A DNA stretch of 64,000 nucleotides from Callorhinchus milii (taxonomy: Eukaryota). Where the stretch lies: assembly GCF_018977255.1 (NCBI RefSeq), contig NW_024704742.1, forward strand, positions 39,620,001 through 39,684,000. The letters run 5' to 3'. Below, piece by piece: positions 37,538 to 51,341 of the stretch. A program made the translations under genes and the position numbers. Below the pieces are notes generated by a model that worked only from the letters and a program-made list of their open reading frames with translations, did not search any database and was not told where the DNA came from. Every line of letters begins with the position of its first letter. The first letter of the stretch is position 1.

Positions 37538-39999
37538 CTGGAACTCCATCCTGGAATCCCTTCACTTACCCCTTCCCTAATCACCTTCAAGGTCCACTTA
37601 AAGTCCTTCTTCTATTGATTGCACTTTCGACCACCTTTCATGAAATTGGATGCTTAAGTGAAACAAACACTTTACGTAGTTATCCTGATCTTCCAGAATT
37701 AATGGAGTTTAAGCAAAATATGCTGAACTGGCTCAGACTATCTGCGTAGAGTGAAAAGTTGTGATGGCAGACTTTAGATTTCACTCGACATTTCTTTTGG
37801 AATGGGACCAGCGCATGAAGCAATGCCTGGTGCTTTGCTGGTTGAAAATATTTCCAAGAAATATGAATGATTCTGGACTAAAAGTAAGGCAATTAAATGA
37901 GATTGTAAGAGTCACATGGCCTGTTTATTTCAACACAATGAAGAACAATGAGGCCCGATCAAGGGTAACTCTGATATCAAGGGTACAAAATACATTTGCT
38001 GTTGCCCAAAGCTCATTCAGTCAATTTCCTGAATTCACGGTTACAAACTTCCATTAATTTGATATTTCTTCCTGCAAGCATGGGGGATGACAATTTCCTT
38101 ACTGTGAAAAATAGTTTAAGAAAGAATGATGAAGTACTTTTAATGATCAGCATTTCACAACATTAATGAACCAGAAGAAACCAATTTAGTCTTATTCAAG
38201 TTATTGTATTGAATAGTCTGTAAATCCAGCTTTGGAGTTTGGAATTGGGCATAAAGGGCTGCGCTCTGCCCCTGATTACCTACATGGGTATTTTTGCTAA
38301 CAGAAGAGTAATTTGGGGTTACTATTATTAAACAATGTGATTATATCCAACTTTAAAAAATGAGACTTTGCATAAATAATTCTTAAAGTTCTACAAGCAG
38401 CTTAATAGCTCTGAGTAAAACATGCACATAATGCCTTCTGACTGCAGTCTTTGCATTATGTATCCAATTGACAACTTAGAATAACAGCCCATCAAACACA
38501 ACAATTGCTTCAGAGACCTGACAGAGAAGAAAAACTTCTAGTTTCCAGATATAATTTTGCCACCAAACGTCTGATACAGTTCAACAGTTTAACATGTCAG
38601 ATGTGAAGCAGATGTGTTTTAAGCTTGTGCCATGCAAAGCTAGGAACTACAGAATTTTGATCAAAGGCAAATATATTAAACCATTGTATCCTTTTCAAAG
38701 CAAGACTGTTGAGTAAACACATTTAAATAATGGTCACATTTCAGTGATGCATGAACTTCAATTTTCTTGCTTCTATTTTTACTGTATCTTTCTCCTCTGT
38801 CATGTTCGTTCAGGTGAAGAATGACAACACTGGAAAATGCAATATTTTCTTTTGTTAAAATCGTCAAACAACTCTAATGGTGGAGTGCTCAACTTCCATC
38901 AAAAGATTCTTGAGTTTCAGGTTTAATTTTGACTGGCGTTTGAAATTAGCTGCACAAGAAAGGTTCGGATGAAGAAAATCCTTCGACCCATTTGATCCCA
39001 TCCTTCCAGAAAACAATCCTAATATCTAGCTATAATAATATCCAGCTGTATTTCCAAGTTCAAAGTTTGTATACAAATATACAGTCACCACTTTACAATA
39101 AAAATCCTATGAAGAGTGTTGCAGCATCTTGATGACATGACATGGTGCTATACCAAATACAAGGATTATTATAATATGTTGGTCTCTAACATCCTTCCTG
39201 GTAAACCAGTGCACCTTTTTAAGAAACAACTTGGTAGTTCACTTAAAAGCTCTTTTACAAGTTCTCAGCCAATCCTTTACATTGAGCAGTACAGCAGTGA
39301 TATCTATATCACTCAATTCGATGTGCTGAAGGCTGGAATTATCACTTTTCATCCTTTCCGCACTCCTCACAAAAATGAAGTTCTAAACTTCATGCAGTGG
39401 TATCTGGAGCAAAGTGTATCCCATTGACCTGATATTAGAATCAGACCTTGCTTGGATCAGACACCAGGTGCTATTAAATGTGGTGCCAAATTTGAAATAC
39501 TTATGAGCCATGAAGTTATATTTTGGCAATTTTTTTTGGCAAGGCATGTTATTTCATGGTGATTGTATAAAATTCATTCCTTTTTGTTTATTTCTTCATC
39601 TAATGCACAACCATTGTGGAAAGTACAGATGTCTTTGCTTGATGCAACATATGGAGTATTTGGTTAATTTGTGAGCAGAAACTTTCCTAAACTCTTAGGA
39701 TCATTAACTGCTTCCTCTTGTGTCCCTTGCATGATAGAGAAACTATTATGTTGCATCATGATCAATTATGTCAAGCTGTTCAGCTACAGAAAGCACCTGC
39801 TCTCTCATTACAACTTCTATTACATGGTATGAACTATATCAGAGAGTGCATCACTATATTTCCCTTCCAATAGCTAAATATAAAAGTATCACTATTCAAA
39901 ATAATTTTTTTGAGATTTTGTATGATTTTTCTATCCCACCACAATAACCAATGTTTTTTTGTACACGAATGTAATACACGTTATCTGTCATGGTTTATT

Positions 40000-40390
40000 T
40001 ATTATAATAATACTAATAATCCTTGCATTTGACATAGCACCGTATCACGTCTTCGAGACATCTCAAAGCGCTTCACAAAATACTGAAGTGAATTGATTAC
40101 ATTTTGTGGGCGAAACGCAACAGCCAATTATGCACAGCAGTGTCCCACAAACAGTCGTGGACTGAGTGACCAAACTGTTATTATTTTTTATTTATTTATT
40201 TGTTTGCAAGTATTTTATCCCCAGAAAAGCGATTTGCCAATCGACTAACAACCAGGTTCCTACTTACTGCTAGGTAAACAGAAGCGGATGGAGTATGGAA
40301 ACTTGCCTAATGTTTCACCCTGCCCAGGAATCAAACCCAGGTTTTCTCGCTTGCGAGGCGAGTACTCTAGCCACTAACCTATAGGATTCC
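40000..40390 (-). mobile_element. tRNA-derived SINE, long subfamily (partial copy also at ~6480-6765 inside the SOX4-like pseudogene)
   Basis: Reverse complement of the 12493 type. Confidence 0.87.
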
Positions 40391-42829
40391 TTGTATTTCA
40401 TTTTACTGTGAAGTTTAAATTCCAATGTGTTTGGAAATTCATAATCGTGAGCATATATCGTGAAATATTAAGATGTGAATACAATTAATACAGAACACCA
40501 CTTCTGTTTATTTCACGTGTAGGCAGGGAATTGATTTTAACTTGTGTTGTTTGAGGTATCATCAGTATCATAGATAAAAAGTCCCAAGACACTATTCGGA
40601 TGGAGGAGGGAGTTTCTCAGTGTCCTGGCCAACAGTCCCCTAATTAATCAACCATTGATTAGCTGGATTATACAGCACATATAACATTGAAATGTTATCA
40701 AGTGCTTCACAAATAATTGTTATCAATGACTATATTAGAAAGCAGACGTGGCAGTCATATGTGCACAGCAATATCCATAAGTCCCATAGTTCCTATTACT
40801 TTTCATGGGACCTTGCTATATACAAAATGGCTGCTATGTTTGTCTCCAAAAGTCAGCTACACTTCACAATAATTACTGCTTTGAGTCTTTCAATGTATAA
40901 GGTGAGTTCTTTTTTTCTAGATCCACTTCACTTATGCAGAGAAATTTGTATCAGCTATTTATTGTGTGTCAGCGTGGCTCAGGTGGTAGAATTCTTGCCT
41001 CTGAGTCAGAAGACTGGTTTCAAGGTTCTCTTTGAACTTCAGGTCATGGCTGTTTGCAATACGTTGCTGTGTGCAAATTGGCTGCAGCATTCACCCTCAA
41101 AATACACATTCAGTATACTTCACAATAAATTCTGTGAAGCGTTTTGAGATGTATCGATGATGTAATAAAGCACTATATCAAATGCAAAGATTATTATTAT
41201 TAATATTTTTATAACCTCATTGTAGCACAATAGTTTGGGTCCATAAGCTCAGACCCCTGGTTTAAAATGAAGCATGAAAAAATGACTGATTGCACAGCAT
41301 TGCACAGAGGTCACCGGAATGTGGCTACCTTGAAGCATAGGAAGCTGTCTGGGGCACATCAGAAGCCATAAATATACCGCATTTCCAGCATTCACAGGAC
41401 CTCACTAAAAATGAACTTGCCCTCTAGAAAGGCGCTTAATAATGGGGTCGCTTTGTAATACATAGAGTTACACAGAATCATTTGGCACAGAAACAGGTCA
41501 ATCAACCTAACTAGTCCACTTTTCATTAAGATTGCAAAATAGACCTTATTGTGCTCCCTCTTTCCCCAATAGTTGTATGGCACTATCTCTAAATACAACT
41601 TATTAGATGAGTTGCCTTTGTATAAAATGGCTAACTGAGGAACACTGGTTGTGTTTCAGGCTGTTGAATGAAATACGAGATGGATGGGAAGCAAAGATTC
41701 CAGGCGATTCTCTGTAATGTTTGATTAAAAGTAAATGTTGGTTTAAAATTTATATTTTCCTACAATTTCAACCTATTTTCCTAAGAGCTCTTTTCTTTTG
41801 GTTCATTAGCCAGCATCCAAAGCAGCACTTTGGATGTTACTGATTATTGCGGCTGGCAGTGTAACAATAATTCCTTTCTTGCTCTCACTCTCTTTCTCTG
41901 TCCCCCACATCCTTTCCACAAATTAGTTCACATTCTATCTGCATCACGTAAGATATAGCATTTAGCATTATTATTGGCTTGATTATTAGGCAGCGAATGA
42001 GCTACAATAAGGGAAAAGCAATGTGAAAAGGAGGGTAAAGTTTTATCAAGAGGCAGTGAACTGACCTGATGTCGCTTTATAGTTGGTAATAGTTGCTTTC
42101 TGGCTTCAAATTGGTCAAGCAAAGCATTCTCTATTTCATCTTTCTGATTTATCTATTTTGTATCCATTTTGTGATTTACTTTCTAACTTAATGGAGTCAT
42201 TCTTGAGTGCACTCTTTGGTGGAAATGAAACTGTTCTGAATATCAATGTAAAGCAATAAATAATAAAAGCGGTGAAGGCATATCTCAAAACTTTCGGTCA
42301 TCTTTACCCTCTCCACACTCTTCAGCTCCAACTCCCTGTTCGGGTACCCATCCAACATTGTTAAGCGCTTTGAGACATCCTTCCAACATGAAAGGTGCTC
42401 TATAAATATGTAATGTAAAGCTATACTAAGGGGCATAGATAGGTACTTGTGCTATCTTGACTTGTGCATCATCTATACTGAGGATCATTGATAGGCCTTG
42501 TACTATTTTGATTTATGCACCTCACAAGGACCTATGAGACCTTGGCTCTGAACTGAAATTGCTGTGGAACTGAGTTGTGCAAGTTGGCACGACATACAAT
42601 GATACAAAGTATGTAGGAGATGTATTTTACATGATGAAGTGTTGTCCACTATTGAGGTATCATTAATATTGCCAGTATCCCAACAAACACCTTTTCAACC
42701 TTGGATGAAACATAGAGAATGGACATTTGGACCAAGTGCTCGATAAAAGACAACACATGTGGATGAAATACAAAGCATACAAAGGAACCCGAAAAGAAGT
42801 CAAAAAGAAATTCTTAATAAACTAAACAA

Positions 42830-44422
42830 AAATAAAAAAAAGTGATGGATAAAATAATGAGACTCAAAATAGGCAAATCTCCAGGAACTGACAGATTCCA
42901 CCCCAGGTTTTTAAAGGAAATAGGAGAGGAAATTGCAGATGCATTGGTCATGATTTTCCAAAGCTCACTAAATTTGGGAATTATGCCCTTAGATTGGAAA
43001 ATTGCTAATGTCACCCCTTTATTTAAGGGGGGGAGGGAGAGACCAGGAAATTACAAACCTGTCAGTTTAACGTCGGTTGTAGGGAAATTACTGGAAACCA
43101 TCATCAGGGACAGAGTGACTGAACATTTGGAGAGGTATGAGTTTATCAAAGGGAGTCAGCATGGGTTTGTAAAGAGTAAGTTGTGCCTAACTAATCTAGT
43201 TGAATTTTTTGAGGAAGTCACTAAAATGGTCGATAAGAGAGTGTCTATGGATGTCGTTTACATGGACTTTCAGAAGGCATTTGATACACAAAAGATTATT
43301 AGCAAAAATAGAAGCGCGCGGAATCAGAGGTAAGCTTGTGACGTGGCTTCACAATTAGTTGGGAGGCAGAAAACAGAGGGTAAGGATTAAGGGAATGTTC
43401 TTTGATTGGGGGGATGTGACAAGTGGTGTCTCCCAGGGGTCTGTACTGGGACCTCAGCTTTTTGCCATATACATAAATGATTTGGATGAAGAAAAAGAAA
43501 GTTCTATATCCAAGTTTGTGGATGACACTAAGATAGGAGGCTCAGCAGGTAGTGAAGATAGGAGTAGGAAGTTACAGAGGGACTTAGCCAGATTAAGTGA
43601 GTGGGCAAAGCTGTGGCAGATGGAGTTCAATGTAGGGAAGTGCGAGGTCATCCATTATTGACCAAAAAAAAAGGGCAGAATACTTTCTTAACGGGGAGAA
43701 ATTAAGAACTGTGGAAGAGCCAAAAGATTTGGGTGTCTATATCCACAAATCACTAAAAACTGGTTCCCAGGTGCAAAACATAATCAAAAGGCAAATGGTA
43801 TGTTGGCCTTTATCTCGAGAGGCCTGGAATACAAAGGGGAAGAAATTATGCTTCAGCTGTATAGAGCATTAGTCAGACCCCACCTGGAGTACTGCGTTCA
43901 GTTTTGGGCACCACACCTCAGGAAGGATATATTGGCCTTGGAGGGGGTGCAGCGCAGGTTCACCAGAACGTTACCAGCCAAAAAGGGTTAAGTTACGAGG
44001 AAGGCTGAGTAAACTTGGATTGCATTGCCTCGAGTTTAGAAGATTGAGGGGTGATTTGATAAAGGGATTTGATAGGGTAGATGCGGAAAAGCTATTTCCC
44101 ATGTTGGGGGAATGCAAAACAAGGGGGCATAGTCTTAAAATTAGAACCAAACCATTTAAGAGTGAAATTAGGAAGCATTTTTTCACTCAAAGGGTGGTAG
44201 AAATCTGGAACTCTCTCCCCCAAAAGGGCGTGGATGCTGGATCCATCCACACTTTCAAGAAAGAGATTGACAGATTTTTGGTAGTTTGGGGTATTAAGGG
44301 ATACCAGGAGAAAGCGGGAAATTGGAATTGAAATTCTCGTCAAGATTAGCCATGATCGAATTAAATGGCGGAACAGACTCGATGTGCTGAATGGGCTATT
44401 CATGTTCCTATGTATTCCTATG
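42830..44422 (+). mobile_element. CR1 LINE, 5'-truncated, disrupted ORF2 reverse transcriptase plus 3' UTR
   Basis: Peptides KSPGTDRFHPRFLKE, DWKIANVTPLFK, YKPVSLTSVVGKLLE, SQHGF, VYMDFQKAFD, GVSQGSVLGPQLF, KFVDDTKIGG, LVRPHLEYCVQFW, FFTQRVVEIWNSLP. Ends in GTTCCTATGTATTCCTATG. Confidence 0.95.
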
Positions 44423-45689
44423 CACAGCAGCAAAATTTAGGACCAAGGGAATGAGAGAAAATTGGAAGGTAAGAAAGAGTAAAACTTATTTTATTTTGTG
44501 TTTCTGCCCAAAGTGTACTTTGCTCATACAAGAAGGAGAAGGGAATAGAGGCCTAGGCAAGAATTAGCAAGGATTAGGAGGGGTGTAGGCTCTGTGGAGC
44601 ACAAATACTGGCAGAGATTTTAGTTGGACTGAGTGAGTTGTTTTCATGCAATAAAATTCTATGTAACTCAATGCTGCACTGGTGGTATTTATATTTCCCT
44701 GATTACTTTGCATTGTAACTGAATTATTTTAATAAGCTCAGTTTACCTTTCTAACCTAACTAAAATAGACAATTCACATTAATTAAATGAAACAATGGCA
44801 GTCTTCTGTGGCTGAGGTGAGTACTTTGTATGTGTTAGGATTTCCTAAGAAGCTTTCTGGCATTCCGGGCATTTTTTCCCCATCTTAGTTCAATAAAGCA
44901 GATGAAAGCAACAAATCATGCTACTGGAAATCGATAGCTCATAAGTCTGCATTTGTTCTTCACATGTTCTCAGTGTGCAAGTGAAATTGATATTCTTAAT
45001 GAAATTGTTGCTGTGTCAAAACACTCATCTATACTCAGTGGAGGTGGATACAGTAAAGGAGCAATATACTGATAATGTTTTCTGTTATGTTCAATCATTG
45101 TCACGGGGGTGGGGGGGGGATTGCAATCTCTGTAACAGTGCTCAATTGTTCTTACAAGTAAGGTAGTGAATGATTAATGTGCATTATGTAATATGATACA
45201 GCATCATGAGGTTGTTATTTGTATGTACCATTTGGGAAATAATGATTTTCTTGCTGACAGCATTCTAACAATTAACATTGCTCCATGGGGCACAGTAATT
45301 CCTGAGCTGTTGGGACTGAGGGACACTGTCTTAGGAGGAAAAGGGGCCAGTATTAAACAGTGATGATCTGGCAAATTTTCACTCCATCAGTTTTGCAGTT
45401 CAGGAAGAATCTGTATAGAGCTTTCTCACTTGGGATGAAATAGGTGGGTTTAGGTCCACAATAGGGTATTTAACCTGAAATCCTGTGAAAGTTCTCTCAA
45501 AGCCATACGCTGTGGACGACAAATCCAATGGCAGATGCAGACAGTTTCCAGTCCAACTATTATACTGAAGTTGAGAGGTTAATTATCAACTGGTTTCTTT
45601 ACAATTTCCGGCTGTGTGATAAAGATGGCTCCAGTAGATGAGTTACTGCTTTCATCACGTGCAGGCATGACTATGCTAACTCTGTGTAC

Positions 45690-46150
45690 TTCAGACTACC
45701 CAACTTTTCCCTACGCAGGCTATGGATGATTTAGAACTCTGCAGCTTGTGTTCCTCTCCCACACCAGGCTCCATGAGCCGATCATCCCCATCCTCACCTG
45801 GCTTCCCTGGCTCCCATCCCCCAGAGGCTTGAATTTAAGCTCCTCGACCTCTGTTAAAGCCCTCCAAGGTCTTGCTCCTTCCTACCTCTGCAATTTACTA
45901 AAACCATAGAAACTGGTCCACTCCCTCCGTCTAGTGGGTACTGGCTTGCTCCATGTCCCCCATCCTGTCCGCTCCACCACCGATGGTCAGGGCTCCCACC
46001 CTCTGGAACTCTATTCTGGAATCCCTCCACTTCGGCCTCTCCCTTGCCTTCTCCAAGGCCCATCCTCTTTAACCATGCCTTTGGTTATCCTCCCCACTCC
46101 TCACCCTACTTTACCCCCATCCCTTTTAATTCGAACCCTGGTGCAAACCC
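45690..46150 (+). mobile_element. Decayed L2 3' fragment
   Basis: Similar to 14410-14930 (AGAACTCTGCAGC...AAAGCCCTCCAAGGTCTTGCTCC...CTCTGGAACTC). Confidence 0.8.
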
Positions 46151-47288
46151 TTGACTGGTATTAGCCAGTTTGTTCTGTGTATATTCTGTGAAGCACTTTG
46201 AGACATCTCAAAGACATAATAGGGCACTGTATCAAATCAAAAACTATTATTATTATATTATGGCACCCTTCACGTGAGTTGGCATATCAGAGAGCTGGGA
46301 CATTAAACAGATTCAGATTTCTGGTGGCTCTATGGGTTATTGGAATAAACTTTGGGCAAGTTTCCTGACTCCACACGCCTAATAATAATCCCTCTAAAAA
46401 CATAAACAATAATAAATTGGTCATTTTCAATCCACGACTGTTTGTGGGACACTGTTGTGTGCAATTGGATGCCGCGTTTCGTCCACAAATATACAGTCAA
46501 TTCACTTTACAGTCTATTCTGTGAAGCACTTTGAGACGTCTAGAAGACATGAAAAGCGCTATATCAAATGCAAGGATTATTAGTATTTATTATTATAAAC
46601 AATGAGGTAAAAAATGCAACATGTGAAGAATATAAAATGGTTCAGGAATTGGAGAGGATGGTGAGTACCAGCAGATGAGCTTGTACCAATTTAGATTTAG
46701 TAGACTGAATGATCTCCTCCAAACCTAAACCTTGGGACCTCAACCCAACATGAAAGGCGTTGTACAATGCAATTTATTGTCGTTTTTTTTGTTTACCAGT
46801 TTGGGTTCAATTGGTTTAATGGCCTCCACATTTGATAAATCGTCACATCACATAGTGCCTTTTTGCACCCCATTGTTTGTTCCAATAACTCATAGAACCA
46901 TCAGAAATCTATCTCAGTGCCAGTAGTAGCGAGAGCAGTGATATAATCTTTTCATATTTGTGGTTTTGCTGCAGCCATTCTAGCCAGTTCTAGCCAGGCT
47001 CTACTGGCTCCCTGTCGCAGGCTCCACTTACTCCCTATTGCTGAACGAATTGATTTCAAGATCTTCACACTCATTTTCAAATCCCTTCATGCCCTGGCAC
47101 CTCCCTACCTCTCCGACCTGCTTACTCCCCAACCCACTACCCACTGTATCCACTCAACTGGCTCCAGCCTCCTGCATATGTCCCTTGTGCTCTCCTTTCC
47201 ACCATCGGTGGCTGCGCTTCAGCCACTAAGCTCTGAAACTCTGGAATTTTCTATCCTTCCATCTTGCCCCTTCCTTGCCATCTCAGGT

Positions 47289-48206
47289 CATAGGAACATA
47301 GGAACAGGAGTAGGCCATTCAGCCCTTCAAGCCTGTTCCACCATTTAATCAGATCATGGCTGATCTGTACCTCAGAAAATCCTTTCTATTTCAATTTCCC
47401 ACTTTCTCCCCATATCCCTGATACCCTGACCTACCAAAAATCTATCAAACTCACTCTTGAAGGTGTGGATGGATCCAGTATCCACAGCCTTTTGGGGGAG
47501 AGAATTCTAGATTTCTACCACCCTTTGAGTGAAAAAATGCTTCCAGATTTCACTCTTAAATGGTCTGGTTCTAATTTTAAGACTATGCCCCCTTGTTTTG
47601 GATTCCCCCACCAGAGGAAATAGTGTCACTGTATCTACCCAATTGAATCCCTTTATCATCTTAAATACCTCAATAAAATCACCCATCAATCTTCTAAACT
47701 CAAGGGAATACAATCCAAGTTTACGCAGCCTTTTAACCCTTAACTCTTAACCCTTAACTTAACCCTTTTAGGTCTGGTAACATTCTGGTGAACCTACGCT
47801 ACACATCATCCAGGCCCAATATACTTAATAATAATGATCCCTGCATTTGATATAGCGCTTTTCACGTTGGGAGGACGTCCCAAAGCGCTTCACAGAATAC
47901 ACTGTAAAGTGAATTGACTGTGTATTTGTGGGCAAACGCAGCAGCCAATTGCGCACAGCAATGTCCCACAAACAGTCGTAGATTGAAAATGACCAATTTA
48001 TTATTGTTTTTTGTTTTGGAGGGATTATTATTAGGCGTGTGGAGTAAGGAAACTTGCCCAAGGTTTCGCCCTGCCTGGAATTGAACTCGGGTCTCTCACT
48101 TGCAAAGCGAGTGCTCTAACCACTGAGCTACAGGACTCCACAGGACTCCTGAGTTGTGGTGCCCAAAACTGAACGCAGTACTCCAGATGGGGTCTGACTA
48201 AGCTCT
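47289..48206 (-). mobile_element. CR1 LINE 3' portion, interrupted by a SINE and itself inserted in an L2
   Basis: Minus ORF YSLEFRRLMGDFIEVFKMIKG...FFTQRVVEI. (CATAGGAA)n tail at ~47290. Closely similar to 43850-44420. Confidence 0.92.
47826..48140 (-). mobile_element. Young tRNA-Ala-derived SINE (short subfamily), nested in CR1
   Basis: Near-identical reverse complement of 4632-4953. Confidence 0.92.
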
Positions 48207-50949
48207 AGGACACGTCTGAAGACCTTCCTCTTCAACTGTGCCTACAGTTATCTGCCTCTCCCCCCAGCTCAGCATCATGCTCCACCACTGTCAAGTGATC
48301 TGGGATGCTACCTTGCATTAGGGCACTATATAAATGCAAGTTGCTGTTGTTGTTGTAACTAATCACTCAAAATAGTAAAAATGCAAATTAGCTGTCATGT
48401 TCACCTATACATACACAGCCACTACACTTTACTCTAAATTTTGTGAGGTGCTTTCAGATGTTTTGACAACATGATAAGGAACTGTATCAAATGAATATTA
48501 ATATGATTTTTATTAAGTCAGGTTTAGCAAAACTTGCAGCAGTTTCTTCCGACATCTATGAAATTAATTCTTGTTTCAGATATCTTTTAAAATATTGTTG
48601 AGGTGATATTTGAAAGTGTATGTATGCCTGCATTTCTCAGACAGTGCATGAAAACATGAGTCTTTACTTCAAAACCATTCTATAAACTATGCCATTGACT
48701 GTCCTTACTGGAATCATCTCATTTCTACCCCTCCCACATTCCACCCTGCTTGGATTCCCACTCCATCTCTGTAAAGTGCCTTGAGACATTTAACAATGTG
48801 AAAGGTGCCAGATAAGTGCAACTTGTTGTACTAACTACTTCCAGATGCAACCACTTCACTTCTCAGGTTTCCGCTGGAAGTGTGTGTAATTTGTCTCAAT
48901 GTACTCATCACTGAGTACATTGAGTGACAATGTATATTGTCACTTTATGTACTTAAATTTCACTCACCAGTAAAATCTTACAGTAATAGAAATTACAGTA
49001 AAGGAGGAGGTCATTCAGTCCATTGAATCTAAATTGGTACAAGCTCATTCTTTACTGCTAGATAAACAGTGGCATGTGGAGTAAGGAAACTTGCCTATAT
49101 AAATACAAGTTGTTGTTGGTGTTGTTGTAAAATGGTTACATCTGGAAACAATTCCCTCTAATAAGTTTTTCTACAATTTAAATCAATAATAATAATTCTT
49201 ACATTTGATTCAGTACCTTTCACATCAGGAGTATGTCCTAACGTGCTTCACAGGCTATTCTGTAAAGTCAAATCAGTTTGTATGTGTTGTGGGCAAGTAC
49301 AGCAGTGAATTTGCACACAGCAATGTCCCACAAAGAGCCATAAAGTGAATGAATAATTTTATTTGGGGGATTCCAGGAGAAACGCTTCTCTTTTCAAATA
49401 GTGCCGAGGGATCTTTAACATCCACCTGAAAAGGCAAACAGGACCTCGGTTTAACATTTCATCCAAAGGACAGCTATTTGCAGCTACTTGCAGGAATCAA
49501 TCAATATTGTGATAACCCTCTGCATTAAGGATTCTTCCAAGCTCCCTCTTAACTCTATCACTGGAAATCCTGATCTTATTTCCCTCTTTGTACTAATTTT
49601 CCAATTTAAGTCCAATATGTGAAGTAGTTCAAAGTGGGGATGAATTAGGGAAAGCTGAAAATGTCATGTTACTCCCACACAACTCTACACACGTATGTAC
49701 AGACTGAGGTCACACATAGAGAGCATGTGATCGGTACATTTGTGCCATTATTTTACTTTAATAGTTGTATGGACCAATCTAGTATGCCATTTACTCCTAT
49801 TTGTCAGTCTCGCTGAGTTGGTAGGACTCACCTCTTGAGTCAGAAGTTTTGAGTTCTAGCCCCATGCTCTCCAGTACATTGCTGGGGGTGTGTTCCAATG
49901 TCGGAAATGTCGGTCTTTAAACCAAGGTCCTGTCTGCCTGTCCAGGTGGTTGTTAAAGATCCCATGGCACTTATTAAAAAGAGAAGGGAGTTTATCCCGG
50001 TGACCGGCTCAACAATCCCCCAAATAAAATACCAGTCAGCTCAACTCTACAATATAACAAGTGAAGTGCTTTGAGTAAATACAGCATATGTTTTTAAATA
50101 GTTTAGCGCACAAATTAAACATATTTTTACTGTACTTAAAATGCAAGATCCTGTTGAGATCCTGCTCCATGGTGATCGATAAACTCACTAATGGATGTTA
50201 GTATAGTCATACATTAGATCCACCTTAGCACAAGTTAGGATAGCCAGAAGTGGAATAAATTCTACAAATCATGACATTCAACAGTGAAATACTCCTTTGA
50301 AAGCTCTATTTATTTTATCCAGATTAAACTAAAATAATCTTCCTTGCAGACAGAACAGATTAACGTGATTTCAATTTAAAAAGTAGACCTCTAAATCGAA
50401 AACAGTTTTAATTTCACGCAATTGCATATAAACGTTTGATCCAATTCAAAATTCAATGTAGATATCTTGTCATGAATTCAGTAGGTCAATAATGTCACTT
50501 GTGGCATTTGACATGGGTAATGAGTTTGCAAACAAGTGCAGCATTTTGCATCAATATGCACAGAATGCACTTTGCTATAGAAATGGGATATTATTGTGAA
50601 GCAAAGCAAATACATTAGCAGAGGTTATCTAATTTCACTCGAGTTTGATTCTGCAAATGCAGATAACATTAATACATTTCTACATTTGTCTGTGGTATGC
50701 CAGGGTCTATTTTGCATACAACAGAATGATTATTTGGTGAGAATGTGTTTGCTGAGGTGAAGCCAGAGATTCAAGAACATGATTTGAAAACCTTAGTGAT
50801 TTGACCACTGTGTATTACACCTGACCTGACAGCCCAGCACTTTCAATAACGTGTAGGTTAAAATTCCAACTGGGTCTAGATTGTGACTCTTAATGTAACA
50901 TTTCAAGGGCTGCAGAATTTGGCAAATTGTTGAATTCAGTTTTAACTTA

Positions 50950-51341
50950 CAACAACATTCATTTATAAAGCGTTTTTCATGTCGGGAGGACATCCCAAGG
51001 CACTGAACATTCAGGGATCAGGACCCGAGCAAGGGGGTCAGAGTTGGGATGATGGAGGGCAGAGGGTAAAGGAGGGCGACTGAAGGCACGGTCAAAAAGG
51101 AGGGTCTTGAGTCATGCCTTGAAGGAGGCAAAGGGATTGTGGGATGGAGCTCCAAAGAGTGGGAGCAGAGAGGCTGAAAGCCTGGCGGCCGATGGTAGGG
51201 TGGGTCGGGCGGGAGACCTGAAGCAAGCCGAAGCCTGCTGAGAGGAGGGAACAGACAGGTGCATAGGGGGTCAGCAGGTTGGAGATGCAGGAGGGGGCAA
51301 GGCCATGGTGGTTGGGAGGGCGTTGGCAGCTGAACGCACTC
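50950..51341 (-). mobile_element. L2 3' fragment with AACTTA target-site duplication, inside a MITE
   Basis: HGLAPSCISNLLTPYAP...APTLWSSIPQ. AACTTA at 50944-50949 and 51342-51347. Confidence 0.88.

Larger units (their letters stand above)
46990..48355 (+). mobile_element. L2 3' fragment split by the CR1+SINE insertion (pieces ~46990-47288 and ~48207-48355)
   Basis: L2 sequence stops at TTGCCATCTCAGG, resumes at ACACGTCTGAAGACCTTCCTCTTC and runs to a (GTT)n tail. Confidence 0.75.

Noticed and set aside
37537..37640. Inverted L2 piece as a twin-priming 5' inversion
   Set aside because: It repeats a region already present in the adjacent copy and is more diverged, so it is likely a separate older fragment.
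47731..47770. Interstitial telomeric repeat
   Set aside because: Units are irregular TTAACCC(T) copies of adjacent CR1 sequence, not a (TAACCC)n array.
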